Assembly: GCA_013239625.1 (NCBI GenBank)
Contig: MU054738.1
Location: 7,163,855-7,227,854, forward strand
Direction: 5' to 3'
From: Lama guanicoe
Lineage: Eukaryota
Length of the DNA stretch: 64,000 bases
Positions 11,886-25,000 of the stretch are shown here, one piece after another; position 1 is the first letter of the stretch, and each line of letters begins with the position of its first letter. Both the position numbers and the translations under genes were made by a program. A model generated the notes under the pieces. The model did no database searches and had not been told where the DNA came from. It saw only the letters and a list, made by a program, of their open reading frames with translations.

Positions 11886-12779
11886 CTGGGAGGAAGAAAA
11901 GCAACAGGCTGTCACAGGCACACAGCGCCCTCAGCTGCGGAGCCGCGGGGGCACGGCGACGCTGCCCGGGTCCCGTCCCCGGCGGAGTGGGGCCCTGGGG
12001 GTGAGGGCGGGGGTTGGGGGGGCCGCAGGCTAGGGGGCTGCCAGCAGGGCTTTCTGCCCAGGCAGAGAAGGGCCCTCAAGACCAAACCAGGGTAGAATTT
12101 TTAACCTCTGGTCACAACATCAGGCAGAACCGGTCTCTACGCAGACACAGGCTTGACTGAAGTACAGCCTGCACTCAGAAGTGACACGGGGACAGAAATG
12201 CCCGCATCCATCCAGGCAGCTGGGTCCTTCCACGCTTTTCCTCCATGCTCCTTCTTCTTTTAAGTAATAACTGTCTTGGGAAACAGTCCTGTTGGATCTG
12301 GAAGACTCTGATGCTTGCCCACTGCAGCGGGATCTCAGCTAAAGAGGCCAGTCCACACGCTAAGAGCACAGCGAAGCCGCTGAGTGATCTTCCTCTTCAG
12401 TTTCTGACCACACCAAGCTGTGCCAACTGCGAAGCTCTGCCTGCGGGATCAGCCCTTCCCCCGCCACAGGCGCCCTGAGACCCCCACGCAGCTGGCTTTG
12501 CGCCCTTTCCCGCGCTGTGGGCCCACGGACAGCACGGGCCAGCTTGCCCCTGGGGGCCGAAGGACACTTATTTTTTTTCTCATACTCATTATTTCCTTAG
12601 ACGCTGTGGTGACAAACCTAATTATTCCACGGTTTTGCTGTGGGTGTTCCTGACGACATGGGAGCACGTGGCACGCATCTGGTCAACGTGGGTGGTCACA
12701 GACTAACAGGGGAAATCGGGGTTGTTATTCTCATTTATTTTTTAACCAGAGAGCCGGCCAGGGGAGGGAGCAGGAGCTC

Positions 12780-12935
12780 CGAGCGCAGACTAGACTTGGA
12801 CTCCTTGGGCCCCACCCCTCGAGGCTGCGCAGGTTTGGAAACGTCAGCTAAGTTTTCTCTGCCTCGGTTTCTTATCAGTTAAATGGGGAAGAGGGTTTTG
12901 AGGGGGTTAAGCAAGTTAATTCGTGTGAAGGTCAC
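12780..12935 (+). mobile_element. MIR SINE remnant
   Basis: ctctgcctcggtttcttatcagttaaatgggga...gggttttgagggggttaa...gttaattcgtgtgaag. Confidence 0.6.
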
Positions 12936-13773
12936 GGAAGAGCAAAGAAGACGTGAGCCCCAGCCATCGTACACAGCTTCGCAGCAGCCGTGGAGCACCG
13001 GCCCCCACGGGTGGGAGCCACACTCGGGAAACGTGGTGCCAACCGGGGCTCCGAGGGCTTCGGGAAGCCTCGTTCTGTGCCAGCAGGTGGCGTCCTCGGA
13101 TGCACCTGTGTCCAGAGCAGAGGAGCCAGAAACTCTTGCCTGCTGGTAAGTGAGGCCGACTGAAGCCCCTGCTCTCGGAGGGAGGAAGAGCCGTGTCTGT
13201 GGGACGAGAGGCATCTGGGTTCACAGCATTTTGAGGATTTTATTTCCCCCCTTTTTTCCCCAGTGGCTAAATCTTCCTCCCAATCGCAGACTCTGTGAAC
13301 CTCAGAGGACCCTGTGACTGGGCAGGGGGTCAGGGGACATGGATTCTGTCCCTGACCGCGTGGGGTCCCAAGCAGACTCGCTGAGGTTTGGTTTTTCTCC
13401 CTAAAATGAGGAGGACCACTCTTTTCCCTAATGGCACCTCTCATTTCACTCTGGTTCCATGTTCTTTAAGTTAATGGCCAGGAGTTTTTGTTGCCTCTGT
13501 TCTGATGGCTTCTCTGGGACGACCCCCCACCTCCTTTCACAGGTACTGGGATGAAAGAATTCACAAACCGACTCTAACCCTTGGATGTAAAGGTCAGGCC
13601 TGCGTTTACGAGTCACTTTGCACCTGCACTTGAGATGAGATTTCAGGGGATGCTGGTTCTTGAGCCACAGCATGAAAACGGGACTTACTCTCCGTTTCCA
13701 GGCAGCCTCCCGTCACAAACCGCCCAGAGAAGGGGATGCGTCCCAGCCTCCCTCCCCGAGCGTCTTTAGTTAC

Positions 13774-13833
13774 CTGGACCATCGGACTTCTTCTTGACCG
13801 GCTCCTCCTCTCGGTCTTCCCACTGCACGGGAC
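13774..13833 (-). CDS. PIEZO2: PIEZO2 coding exon (~E37), GPVQWEDREEEPVKKKSDGP
   Basis: 60 nt, phase 1->1; gcag| acceptor, CAG|gtaact donor; translated by hand. Confidence 0.93.
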
Positions 13834-14229
13834 CTGCCAAGAGCATCCCCTGCGCGTGAGTCACGGCCTCTGAGGGTCATTAACACCAACCCCCCTTTTC
13901 TGGACTAAAAGGAGTTTTATATTTAAATCTGGGGCACTCTCCCGATTTGGAAGAGCTCCTGGGGAGAAGTCGCAAGCGTTCTTAGCTGTCAGACTCTCTT
14001 CCGTTCAGAATCGGAATCCTGCAACCGGGGTGGGAAACCTGCAGACCTCCGGCCAGCCCTCCCGGCCTTCTGTGATCCATCTGCCGGCGGGGGCTTAACG
14101 GTTTTCTATTTTTAATAACTGAAAGAGGTCTAAAAAGAATAATATTGTGTGCACTGGAAAGTTACATAAAACGCACACCGTACTGGAACGCAGACACGCC
14201 CACCGTGTACCTGCGGTCCCAGCGGACCT

Positions 14230-14331
14230 CATCCTACGGTGGCGGAGCTGAGTGGCCACAGGGACCCACGGTCTGCAAAGCTGGCAATATTTACTACCTG
14301 ACCCTTTCCAGGAAAAGTGTGCTGACTCCTG
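14230..14331. mobile_element. MER58-like (hAT-Charlie) end
   Basis: ggtctgcaaagctggcaatatttactacctgaccctttccaggaaaagtgtgctgactcctg. Confidence 0.6.
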
Positions 14332-14447
14332 TTACGCATCATCAAGTTTTCATTTTGGAAATCATGGGATAATGCTATAAGTTTTAGTGTGTCACCTCCT
14401 AAAATAACATCACAGAGTTTACACTTCTCGCCCTCTTATTTAACGCT

Positions 14448-14513
14448 CAGGTTGTCAGATCTAGCAAATGAAAATATAGGACACCCGGGTAAATCTGAAT
14501 TTAAGATAAATAA
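14448..14513. mobile_element. MER33-like (hAT-Charlie) fragment
   Basis: caggttgtcagatctagcaaatgaaaatataggacacccgggtaaatctgaatttaagataaa. Confidence 0.6.
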
Positions 14514-14539
14514 TAGAAATAGAAAAAGGGAGACATTTA

Positions 14540-15440
14540 ACAAACAGGTTTAGCATAACAGGTCTCTACTTCACAGAATAATAAAAAATTCAAAATGTAA
14601 ATAAAATTACCAGGAAATATTTGCATAAAATTTGGGGGGAAGACTTTCTTAGGCAAGATGAAACACAGAAACTGCAAAAAACTTTAGACCTATGTCACAT
14701 CAGAAAAAATGAAATATTATTTAGAAACCATACACCGTAAACTAAATCAACAGATAAGTATCGGGTTGAAAAACAGATACGTGTAACACGTAAGAAAAGT
14801 GAATGATCCCTAACGTGTGAACATTCTCTAAATTAATAAGGACAAAGAGCCCAGCAGACCGGTATTAGGAAATTATGATAGAAGAGCTTAAACCTTAGAT
14901 TTGAAAGTAAAAGACAGCAAGAAACTATTTAATAAAAAACGTTCAGTCTCACTGTTTAGGAAAATGCAAATGAAAGCCACCTGCCATCCTTGAGAAAGAC
15001 ACACAGTAAAGAGCAGCGATGCCCTGGGGGAACCACGGGGGAGCCAACACTCTCGTACATTCCGCGTGTGAGGGCATGTTTCTAAAATCTTTTGGGAGAC
15101 TGTTTATTAAAGAAAAAAAAAAAGCACACACTTAAGTCCAGAAATCCTACTCTTAATAATCTCTTTTGCGGAAAGTGTGTGTTCTCCCTGACTTTTTGCT
15201 ACGCCTTTAAACACACACCCACGTCCAACTATACAGGAATTTCTGTGCGAGGGTGTCTGTGATACGCTGCTCACCGCGGCAGGAGTCCGGAAGCAAACCT
15301 TATGTCCATTAGTGATGGAACAGTCGGATAAATTATGCATATCCATGCTGCAAAATATTGCTGCAGCTATTAAAAAAGGATGATACAGTTTTATAAATAC
15401 TTAATTAGAGAAATGTTCATGACGCATCACTAATGAACGC
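14540..15440 (+). mobile_element. Ancient LINE-1 (L1M/L1ME-type) ORF2-end/3' remnant
   Basis: A-rich segment with aaatgcaaatgaaagccac, aaatcctactct, aaacct.atgtccatt...ggataaattatg..tatccatg, gcagctattaaaaa. Confidence 0.55.
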
Positions 15441-17089
15441 ACAGGAGCAGTCTGTGCGGCATGAACTTATTTCCGAAAAGCAAACCAGGGAAAGGGCGCC
15501 CGAGCACAGGTCTTTCGCTACGGGAGAGGAGGGCAGGGATCTGGGGCCTGAGGGCCAGTTCCCGCGCCAGAGTGCACACCCCCTCCTTCCTGCCTGGCTT
15601 CTTACACTGGCTGTGCCTTAACTTTGCCTTTTTAACCCAATAAAGTAAAATGAGATGAAAGCTACCAGGAGGGAGCAGGGAGCAGAGCGGTCAAAAGAGA
15701 GGAAGGTTTGGCAGTCAGCGCTCCTCAGAAGTGGTGCTTCCCTTTTCTGTCCTGTTTTGAATCCATTTCTGATCTCACAGGCACTCGACCTGGACAGCCT
15801 CTCATAAGAGCCAACTGTAACCAGCCCGGGGCCCCCTTCAGACACACCACTTAAGCTCAGTCTCTCCACCCCTCTGCCAGAAGCCAGCACTCCAATTAAT
15901 TTGCTCAGTATTCTCCTGGACTTCCTCTTGCACTGATACACGATTATATGCACCCATTAAAAATGCAAAATACTGTCTTGAGGCACTTTAGTGTCCTTTG
16001 TTTCATAAATGGTTTCACACTGTGGATGCCGGTCTGCAACATAATGAGTCAGTTCAAAGTAACCCATCTCATTTCTTAAACAACTAATGAGAATTCCTCA
16101 AGACGCTGGTCACGTGATTTCCTTGGCTCGTCTTTAAGTGAGCATTCAGGATGTCCCTGGACTTGTGTCAGTAATGAATAACGTTTGGTGAAGATTCTTA
16201 GACACGTGTGTTTGTGCTCACGTGCACATACCGACTCGAGGTGAGCCGCGCGCCGGGAGGTGGGGCTGACCTGAGTGGGAGACGCAGGCTACAGTCGGAT
16301 GGGCTCGGACACCTGCATGCAGACACCCCCACTCCTCCAGACAGTGATGTTCTCAAGTGTTTAGGTTCTTGCCAGCCCGACTGGTGACAAAAACAGCAGA
16401 CCAAGGTATTTGGCGTTTCTCATGATGCTAGTGAGACCAAGCCCCTTCTGGCCATTTCTGCTTTCTGATACTGGACTGTCTTTCGTATCTGTTCATTCAC
16501 TGGGTTGAATTTTCTTTTGACTGATTTTTAGAATTTCTTAATATACCCAGACCACTAACCTGCAGTCTGATGAATACAATGTAAGTATTTTCCCTGGTGC
16601 CCCAGTTCATCTTGACCTTGATTTTGGTGCGTTTTGCTGTAATTTGGAATTTCCCCCCCTTAGAAATGTGTTCCTGTCGTATGTTTTCAAATGAGTCGGC
16701 ATAATGCTGAAAATGGCACGGCAGTTATGCTCCATTTGGGGTCCAAGTTCTTGATCAACTTCCAAAGTTCACCTTGCTCGTTAGGTTTTCCCAGGAACAG
16801 CTTTCACATCGCGATCCTGTCCTTTCTGCTCATATTTCTTTCCTACAACTTGAAATCCACCTAAAAATGGCCTTTTCCTCCCACTTTCCTTGGGTCCATT
16901 TTGCTTGCCTCTTCCCATTGTATAAAGTGTGCCTTAACTTAAATTCATGTCTAATTTATTCGGAGTGTCAGACCCAGGTAAGGAGGGACCCGTAGAACTC
17001 TCGCACTCTAGAAGCTGAGAACCTCCTTCCTGCAAAGCTCCCCTCGTGTGCTCGAGGCCACAGAAGCGGGGGCGCCCGCACACACTCAC

Positions 17090-17204
17090 CCTCCGCGGCC
17101 CCGCTCCTCCGGCCCCGCGGCTCCGCCCTCGCAGGCCTTTTCTTCTCTCTGCGCCTTTGCCGCAGCGCTGTCTTAGGGTCGGTAATCCAGGCTTGATACA
17201 CAAA
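17090..17204 (-). CDS. PIEZO2: PIEZO2 coding exon (~E36), FVYQAWITDPKTALRQRRREKKRPARAEPRGRRSGAAE
   Basis: 115 nt, phase 0->1; GAGG|gtgagt donor. Confidence 0.95.
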
Positions 17205-20200
17205 CTGCAGGGAGAAAGCTTCATTACTGTCTGGCTTCTTTGTAAGTTGAATTAAAAGAAAAGGGACCAACACCAAACTTCCTGACTTTCAGAAATATTT
17301 CTTTCCTCCCAACATATACTTAACCTCCCTTTCCCATACCCCTCGTCATGCTGAGCTGACCCGTGCCGTTTCCTTTGTCATGAAGTAAAACGAGAAAGAG
17401 ATGTTGTCGGCGTGTATTTCATGTGGCGTCGGACAATCACAAGATGCTCTGGGCGCACACACGCCGCCGCCTCCCCCAAGCCCTCCACCTGTGATGCCCA
17501 GTTCCCGATTCTCTTGCGTCACACGCGATGGAACAAGCTGAAGCCTCGCTCAGCGTCATCAGAGCAGTCTTCTCCCCGCACAAATGAACTTTACGTCAAC
17601 CGCAAAACGTCTTTTGTTCTTTTACTTTGGGAGGATAGCTTGGCACGTTTGATGCTCTTGTGAATGACAGCTATTGCCAGCAACTTGAGAAAGGGCTTTG
17701 TAGACTGATTAGCATTTGGAGAGGAAAAATTATGTGACGCTCAGGTTAAGGGGTTATCCCAGAACGGCACGGAAGCAAGGCAGTGGTGCTTTCGGTTGCC
17801 TTTTGTCATTTTCGTTCAAGAGTTGAAAATAGTTGCATTAACGTACTATCACCCGTCACCACCATGGCAGAGCGATTCGAACAGCCCGCCCACCACAGTC
17901 TCCCAGGTCATGCAGAAGGAACAGAAGGAAAAACCTTGATACACAGACCGCAGCCACAACATGAAGCCGAGCAGGCATGCTCCCCATGCACCCGCAGACA
18001 CGCCTGGTCTCAGGGAAGCTGGGTTTTCTATTATGAACGTAAAGTTGAAAATGTTTCGTGGGGGGCACTTATAAACCCAGACACTTTCATTGTATTCTGT
18101 GTTATTTTCAGATTTCTGAAATCTTGGAAAAACACTGTGTAAGGAAGCCACTGGCACTGTGACGTCAGTAAAGTAAAGAGAGGTCAACGTCTCCGTACGT
18201 GGGAAATGCAAAGCGCAGGGGTCACCAGGAGAGAAAGTGCTCCTTTTTCCTCAGGCAGAAATCTGATTCTTACAGGCAATGAACACGGATATACGGTCTG
18301 TATAATTTCCGAATAATAAACCCAGGAGGCAGAACGTTATTCTATCTTATGCCAAACAGATATTTTGAAAAGTGAGAAGATGAATTGGGATTTAAAGGAG
18401 AAACACTAAAAAAAAAAAAGGCATTTTATATTTGATGGTTACTGAGCACGTTAACCGTGAATTCTATGAAGACATTCTCTAGGGTTTGGTACATTAATAA
18501 GCCAACTTGCTTCAGCAAAATACTGATTCTTTAAAAAAAAAATCTGAGCTGCTAAACACAAGATGTTTTCAGGCTTAAGAGCAACGTATGGTGACATTTA
18601 CCTAAAGAAGCTTTATCATGGTATTGCTGTTTGATAACGCAATGATGCCAAAGATAGACAGCAAGAAAGGAGCTCAGATCTGTGAACGTATTAGGTGCAC
18701 AAGCCTTTTGCTCTGTGGGAGGGAGGAGGGTGAGGAGAAAGCGGCGGTGGGCGGCTTGGGCAGAACTGAAGGGGTCTTACAGGAAGGGCGGGGCCCTGAC
18801 ACGCTGTCCTGTTGAGAGGGAATCCCTGGTTCTCCACGTGGTCCTTAAGTGACCGACACCCTTGCCGCCTTCGCACTGAGATGAGCGCTTATGGCAGGCC
18901 AGTAAGGGGGCACCCGGGAGGCGGGAGTCTCGTGACGGGTCCTCGTTTGTAGGTAAACGATCTCCCCTTCGATCTCGGAAACAGGACTGTTTCTACAGGT
19001 CCAGGAACATCTGGCAGAGGGTCAGTCCAGCTGTTTTGGGAAAAGGCTGGTAATGAAGGTGGATGAATTAGGAAGATCCTAATTCTTACTAACTTTCTTT
19101 CTGAAACGTCTCAATTCTTACGTCGAAGTGGTAACTATCACCCAGTCTCATGGGTTTCTCTGGGGAATTAAGACACGTGCACCACTGACGCCAAGTAGAA
19201 AAAGACACAAAAATGTGCAGAAATGACTTCTGGCTTCTCCCACTGCTGCTGCCCCGAGCGAGCGTCCCCAGCTTTATCTGAGATTCTATCCTGAGTGATT
19301 TTATCTTAAATGTTTGGGGAAACGGATTCATGTGACTGAAAACTTATTATGCAAAAAGTATTTAATTTTTACAACAGGAGAGAACTGAAGTGGAGATCCT
19401 TAACTGAAATTGGTTAAGTTTCCAAAAATGTCCTTTAATTCTGCTGTGATCAAGAAGGTTCTTTATATTGCTGGTGAGAAGATTTTTTTTAAGTAAGACG
19501 GGGGTAATCACATTGTAATCTTTGATATAAACTCTTAAATATGAAAGAAAAAATTCTTTGCTATAAACTGTTAACTAGACTCAGATGGAAGTCTGAGAGG
19601 GGAAGGAGAAGAAACCCCGGGAGGGGCCGCAGTGAACATCAAACTGAAAGCCAGACCCTGGCATTTAGAAAAGGGAAGGAGCCCGGAGGTCTGGCCCCCG
19701 CTGCTCGAGGCAGGCCAGCACTCACACAGCCCCCGGGAGCCTGGGAGAAAAGAGAGGGTTTCAGGTCCCGCCAGAAGCACTGAATTCAAAGAACCTGCAT
19801 TTAAGTCGGATCTACAGGTAAACGTGAGAAGCTCTGGTCTCCGTCACCCTCCAAGCCTGCTCAGCACTGGGGCTCAGTGTCAGTCCAAGTGCCTGCTTCA
19901 GGGTCAGGAGAAGCGGCTTTCTCTCCAGTGCAAGGTCAGGAACGCCTCCTTCATGACGTCCACCAGCGCCCTGGCCCGGCACAGGGAGCGGGCCCCTTCT
20001 GGCGGGCGCTGGGTCAGTCACCTAACGTTCTCTGGCAGTGTGCCCAGCACCGTCACCGCGGTGTGGCGAGACCGTCCTCGGCAGCTAAGCCCAGTGGGGA
20101 GGGGCTGAGCTCGGGACGGAAAATGCCAGCTGAGAGCCAACTGAGGAAAACGGGGCTTTGAGAGGAAGACAGAAGGGGGTGGAGCAGAATGAGTCTCCTC

Positions 20201-20578
20201 TTGCGGATCTGGACTGTTACCAGCTTTCTGAGAAAAATGACCGTCGCTGACACGTCACCTCTGACACATGCAACCAGATGTGACCCCTGTAACGGGAGGT
20301 GTGGCCACGACACGGACAGAAATGAGACGTGCATCTGCGTTTTCTCTCTCTATTTTTCGACAGGCTCTGATGTCAACTGGAAAGCGAGAACCAGCGAGAA
20401 TAAGAAATTTGGCTTCTTGAAAGAGTTTTTGGAAAAGTCCGCCTAATATTTTAAATTTGTGTCGTTCTCTCATCGTCCGATCTATAGAACAGGGAAAAGG
20501 CAGATGGCGGGAACAGGGCTCTGCTTGTCTAGTCTACGGAGCGGAGGGCCACACGCCAATCAGTAAAACAGCAAATAC

Positions 20579-20677
20579 CTTTGCAGCTCTGATTAAGTAC
20601 TGCAGAATAGTTTTGGGAAGTTTAATGACAGACTTGGGCAAGGCTAAAATGGCTGACGCAAACTTCCCAATAGCTCT
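20579..20677 (-). CDS. PIEZO2: PIEZO2 alternative cassette exon E35, RAIGKFASAILALPKSVIKLPKTILQYLIRAAK
   Basis: 99 nt, symmetric phase 0; ctaat branch motif, pyrimidine tract and tag acceptor, AAG|gtattt donor; matches the recalled long-isoform peptide. Confidence 0.92.
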
Positions 20678-21905
20678 CTACAAAGAAGGACAAAGCAAGA
20701 GTCATTAGTTGAAGAAAACCAGAAACGGATCATTTAATACACTGATGTCACTATGAGTTTGTCTACAGTCATCAGCGACCAGGTTAAAATGGCTGCTGGT
20801 GAACCTGGAATAAAACGGCTCTGCTCGTCGGCGGAGAGTGAAGAAAGCTGTCCGTCGTTCACGCAACCTGCAAAAAACGGTCCAGGCGGCACCGGCCTCT
20901 CCTTGGCTGCGTGATGAGGGATGATTAGAAGAAAACCCATTGGAATCAAAATAAACAAGTTTAGTCATTAGTGTTCGACAAGCCAGCTGCACACGTGCAC
21001 ACAGACGCAGAGACAGACACGGGGCCGGGGACAAGCGTCAGAGCAAGGTGTCCCCGGGGGCAACCTGGCCCTCCGGCCTCACTGGGAAGACAGGGGAGGG
21101 TGGCTCCCACCGGCTGGAGCAGACCCGGCCAGCACACTGACAACGGCCTTTCCATACACACATCACGTGTCTTGGCGGATGTCCCGCCGTGTGCCCTGTG
21201 CAGTCACTAATGGGACGTGACAGTCCCCTATGTGTCCCTTTGTAAAAGGGATCTACATCAGGTGTTCCCCACGTGTGTAACTCTGCTGACGAATCAGCGC
21301 TTGCACAAGCACTGACGGTCCAGCCTCCGGGCACACGGGACACTGGGCTGCTGGGCTCTGTCACTGAGAACGACACAGAGCAGGTTCTGAAAAAGAGGCA
21401 GTTACTCCGAGAGTCTCAGAACGGTGCTGGATGTTTTCATGACTTCTAACCACGTCTTAAATCTTTAGCAAATACAGACAACTGATCTGCAAAATCGGAG
21501 GCGACATCTAGCGACCACTGGTTTTCTAAACAAAAGCAAGTATTTTACTTTCATGGTCGTCTGCCTCGCAGATGGAACCCTAGTCCACTCAAGCAGCCCA
21601 AAGCAAAACAGAGGCCCCCCGAGGAAGCCCTGTGTTTGTTTAGAGCATCAGAACACCCGGTGACGTGCGTGAATGTGGTCCGGGCTGGACACCCTCCTGC
21701 AGGAAGTCCTCCGGCCACGACGGCAACGTGAGAGCAAGCGGGGACAGGCCCGGGGGACGCGCGGTCTCAGAAGGGACTGACAAGCCTCCGGGAGACACAA
21801 CACATGAGCCGAGCCGGGCAGAAGGCGCCCAGGCCAGCAACTGCGTCTGTCGGGAAGAAGCACACTCCGGGGGAAAGGCCGTGATCTCCGCGTCGCCACG
21901 GTTAC

Positions 21906-22012
21906 CTGGAAAGCGGACCTTCTGGGAGGCTCCTCCTCTTCTCTCTTCAGCTCCTCCTCCTCCTCCTCTTCGCTATCCGTTTCAAACAAATAATAATCTC
22001 CACTCCTGACCA
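21906..22012 (-). CDS. PIEZO2: PIEZO2 coding exon (~E34, latch), MVRSGDYYLFETDSEEEEEEELKREEEEPPRRSAFQ
   Basis: 107 nt, phase 1->0; conserved SGDYYLFE motif; CAG|gtaacc donor. Confidence 0.96.
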
Positions 22013-25000
22013 CTAAGCAAAACAAAATATTTACTTACTTCTTGGAAGAGACAGAAGACAGCTGGGGGCTTATTATCTTAACGATATGCCCTCCCTCCCC
22101 CAAAGACACACAGATTATTCATCAAAGGACCAAGGACCACAGGAAGAGACAGGAGGAGGAGGCAGGAGGTGAAGGGGCTCGCTCCGGCTGTGCCACGAGG
22201 GGCTGGCGGGACGGGGGCTGCACAGCCCAGGCCTGGTCTCTGCCTCGGGGAGGGGGGCGGGGGGAGCTGGCCAGGGCTGGGTTCAGCCAGCATTTCTTCC
22301 TCCTTCATGTCAATTTATCACAGATGCATCAGATCCACTCTGCAGCAGCTGACTTTGTGACTGAGATGGCCAAAATAACGGAAAACTCTCATCGGGTCAC
22401 GATTCAGCAATTTGGGTCCTCTAGACAAAGCCAAAGCAAAGCAGTGGCTCTGGTGCTATCTGAGGGTCCAAAGGGCTGAAGCACAGCCAGGCGGGACGGT
22501 TCAGGGCCAAGAACCAGCGTCCCCAGCCTTCCACCTCACTGTCCACTGGGCAGGCTCGGATGACAAGACACTGGGACGAGATCTGTTTAAAGAATCACAG
22601 GTGGTCACAAGGAGGAGATGGGCGGGGGGGCATCAAAAACAGAGAGACCACCGCAAAAACACCACCACCACACTCTGGCTGCTCCTCCCCGCAGGACGGG
22701 ACGGACAGAGGCACGGTGGACGCAGTCCACGCGGTTTATGCTGGGTGGCTCTGGTCAGCCGAGAGCGAGGTCCCCAGGCTTCCCGACGTTGGAGGAGACA
22801 GCACTGACTGTCAGACACAAAGCACAAGGCGTGCGGGTCGTCCTGGCCTCTCCCACATTTTCCCTGCCAGGACATACTGCACTGGGAGCAGAGAAAGCTC
22901 AAGAGCCCGAGAGCTGAAGGAACTCGAGAATCGAATCTTTCTCAGTTTGATCACTATTTAGGCTGATCAGAGAAAAGGGACCCAGCGTGTCTTCTGCGAT
23001 GCTACTGTCATTGCAGGAAAACATATTCCCGGGTTCAAGTTACATCCGCCTTTCCAAATGCGGGGGGGCTTTTGGAGGACACGACCCGAGGTCTTTAGTC
23101 ATTTTGGGGACTCATCCATTGTAAGGTAACGGGGAACCCTGGCTTGTGTAAAGTCAGTTGCCTGAATATCACTAAACACGGTCAAAAGGGAAAACATTTT
23201 GCACATGACTTCAGATGTATCTGAAGCCTCCGTCCGTGAAGACGCAGAGCGAATGAATTGGGCCTTATATCCTTGAACAGAAGCCCTGTCATTTGTTACT
23301 CGTCTTTTGAAGAACCCGGCCAGAGGGCTGGGTCCAGGCCGGAGCAAACAGGTGCAGTACAACGTAAGAGAAAGCAGGAGCCAACCAAAGCCACAGCACG
23401 ACGTCTGGCGGCGAGGACGGCCTTTAAAGTGACGCTTCGGATAAGCTCAGAGATCCGCAGGGAAGTCACGCAGACTTCAGGGCACGTGGTCATTTGGTAA
23501 AAATGGAGACTTCCCGGGTTGAACATTTTACCCTCATTATAGGCTCTTCAGTCAACAAGAGCTTGAAGTGTATTCAATCATACCTTCTCTAACTTTTTTT
23601 TCACGTGGACACCGAGTCCAAGCAGTTTTCATCATGAGCAGTCATATGTTGGTTTTGTCATTTAAAAAATGCTGCCAATTTGTATGTGACACACGGAATT
23701 AATGTATTAAAAAAAAGAAGGAAATGCTTAAAATAAGGTCTCCTAGTCCTTTGTAAAATATGGCTGAAATGAAACTAGGACATGAATGGAGAGTATTTTC
23801 TGAAGTTCCCTCTGCTCATCACAAGGACAGAAGTTCTTACATGCATGTTTGTTACAAGGACCAGCCGGCATCCGTCCACAGGACGCCGACACTGACGCTG
23901 AGCGGGACCGTGGCTCTTCAGATCCCACCACCTGCATCCCAGAAACTCAGCCCTTTAGCTCAGCTATTTGACAGCGAAGTGATGGGGCACCAAGTTAGGT
24001 GACACTGAAGTGATGGAAGGTACGATTGAACAGCAATAATGCGATCGTCTGTGTGCACACAGATGTGGAAGAGGGGGGCCTGCCACCTGCAGGCCACGTT
24101 CAGATCGCGAGTGCTCACCAGCAACAGGGACAGAGCAGCGACGCCATCGCGTCGTCAGCAGGCTTACGCACGGGGGTGCCAACTACTCACTCTTACGCTC
24201 GGCACCTCTGAGAAACACCTCTGTCAGAGCCCGTGACACAAGGGGTCAGAAAAAGGGCTTTCAACCAAGGGCTTCCGGATCTAAAGACAAGGTTTGGAAC
24301 TCGTCAGTCTACAAAATAAATCACAGGTCAGTTCCTCTCCTTTCCTTACCAGCTTGTCAAAATAATGTTTTGTAGGAAAAATTTAATGCCACGGTGAGAC
24401 TCTGATTCCAAACTATGCATCACACACATCCCTGCATTATTGCACCGGGAGGTGCTGTAACCAGGCACGTGGAGCTCACTACCAGGCTTCCAGAACCTGA
24501 CATAATGAGGGTGAAATGATCGGGAAATCTACAGTCAGTAACCTTCACGGGAAGTTCTTTCAAGGATAACCAACTTGTAAGGGGACGATCAAAGACCATA
24601 TCCAGTTCCTTCCAAGATGCAATGTTCAGCTGAGAAAAGGCGAGAACCACCAAGACTGAGGTGGGGATTTACACCGAGGGAACGGACAAGTCATTCACTA
24701 TGACCCCATCTCGCAACGGACAGGTCTCTCTAAACCGGCAAAGGGCCCTTTAAAAACAGAAGGATGGGCACAGTTTCCTTGTGACTTGATAGGAGCAGAC
24801 ACGTGGTGTTGCACTAGGGGACCACGGCCAGGCCAGCAAGCCGGTGGGAGGCAATCAGAGCCAGACAGAATGTCCAACTGCATCCTGATCTTTTGACTTG
24901 AGCAGCGGATGAAATGCAGCTCTTCATGAGGCATGCATTTTTTTAATGCCGTAATGCTAAAATTCAACATTTGGGGTTGAACTTGACGACATCCAGGCAT

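Noticed and set aside
13681-13773. Alternative donor AGA|gtaagt 85 nt downstream of the E37 donor
   Set aside because: It is an isolated consensus match, the extension is not a multiple of 3, and nothing else supports its use.
18274-18297. Possible 24-nt in-frame exon (TVYPCSLP) between E35 and E36
   Set aside because: The acceptor lacks a pyrimidine tract (gaaattatacag) and the donor CCT|gtaaga is modest, so it is within chance expectation.
23584-23671. Possible 88-nt stop-containing exon with an AAG|gtatga donor
   Set aside because: The acceptor context is poor (pyrimidine tract far from the AG), leaving too little support without expression data.
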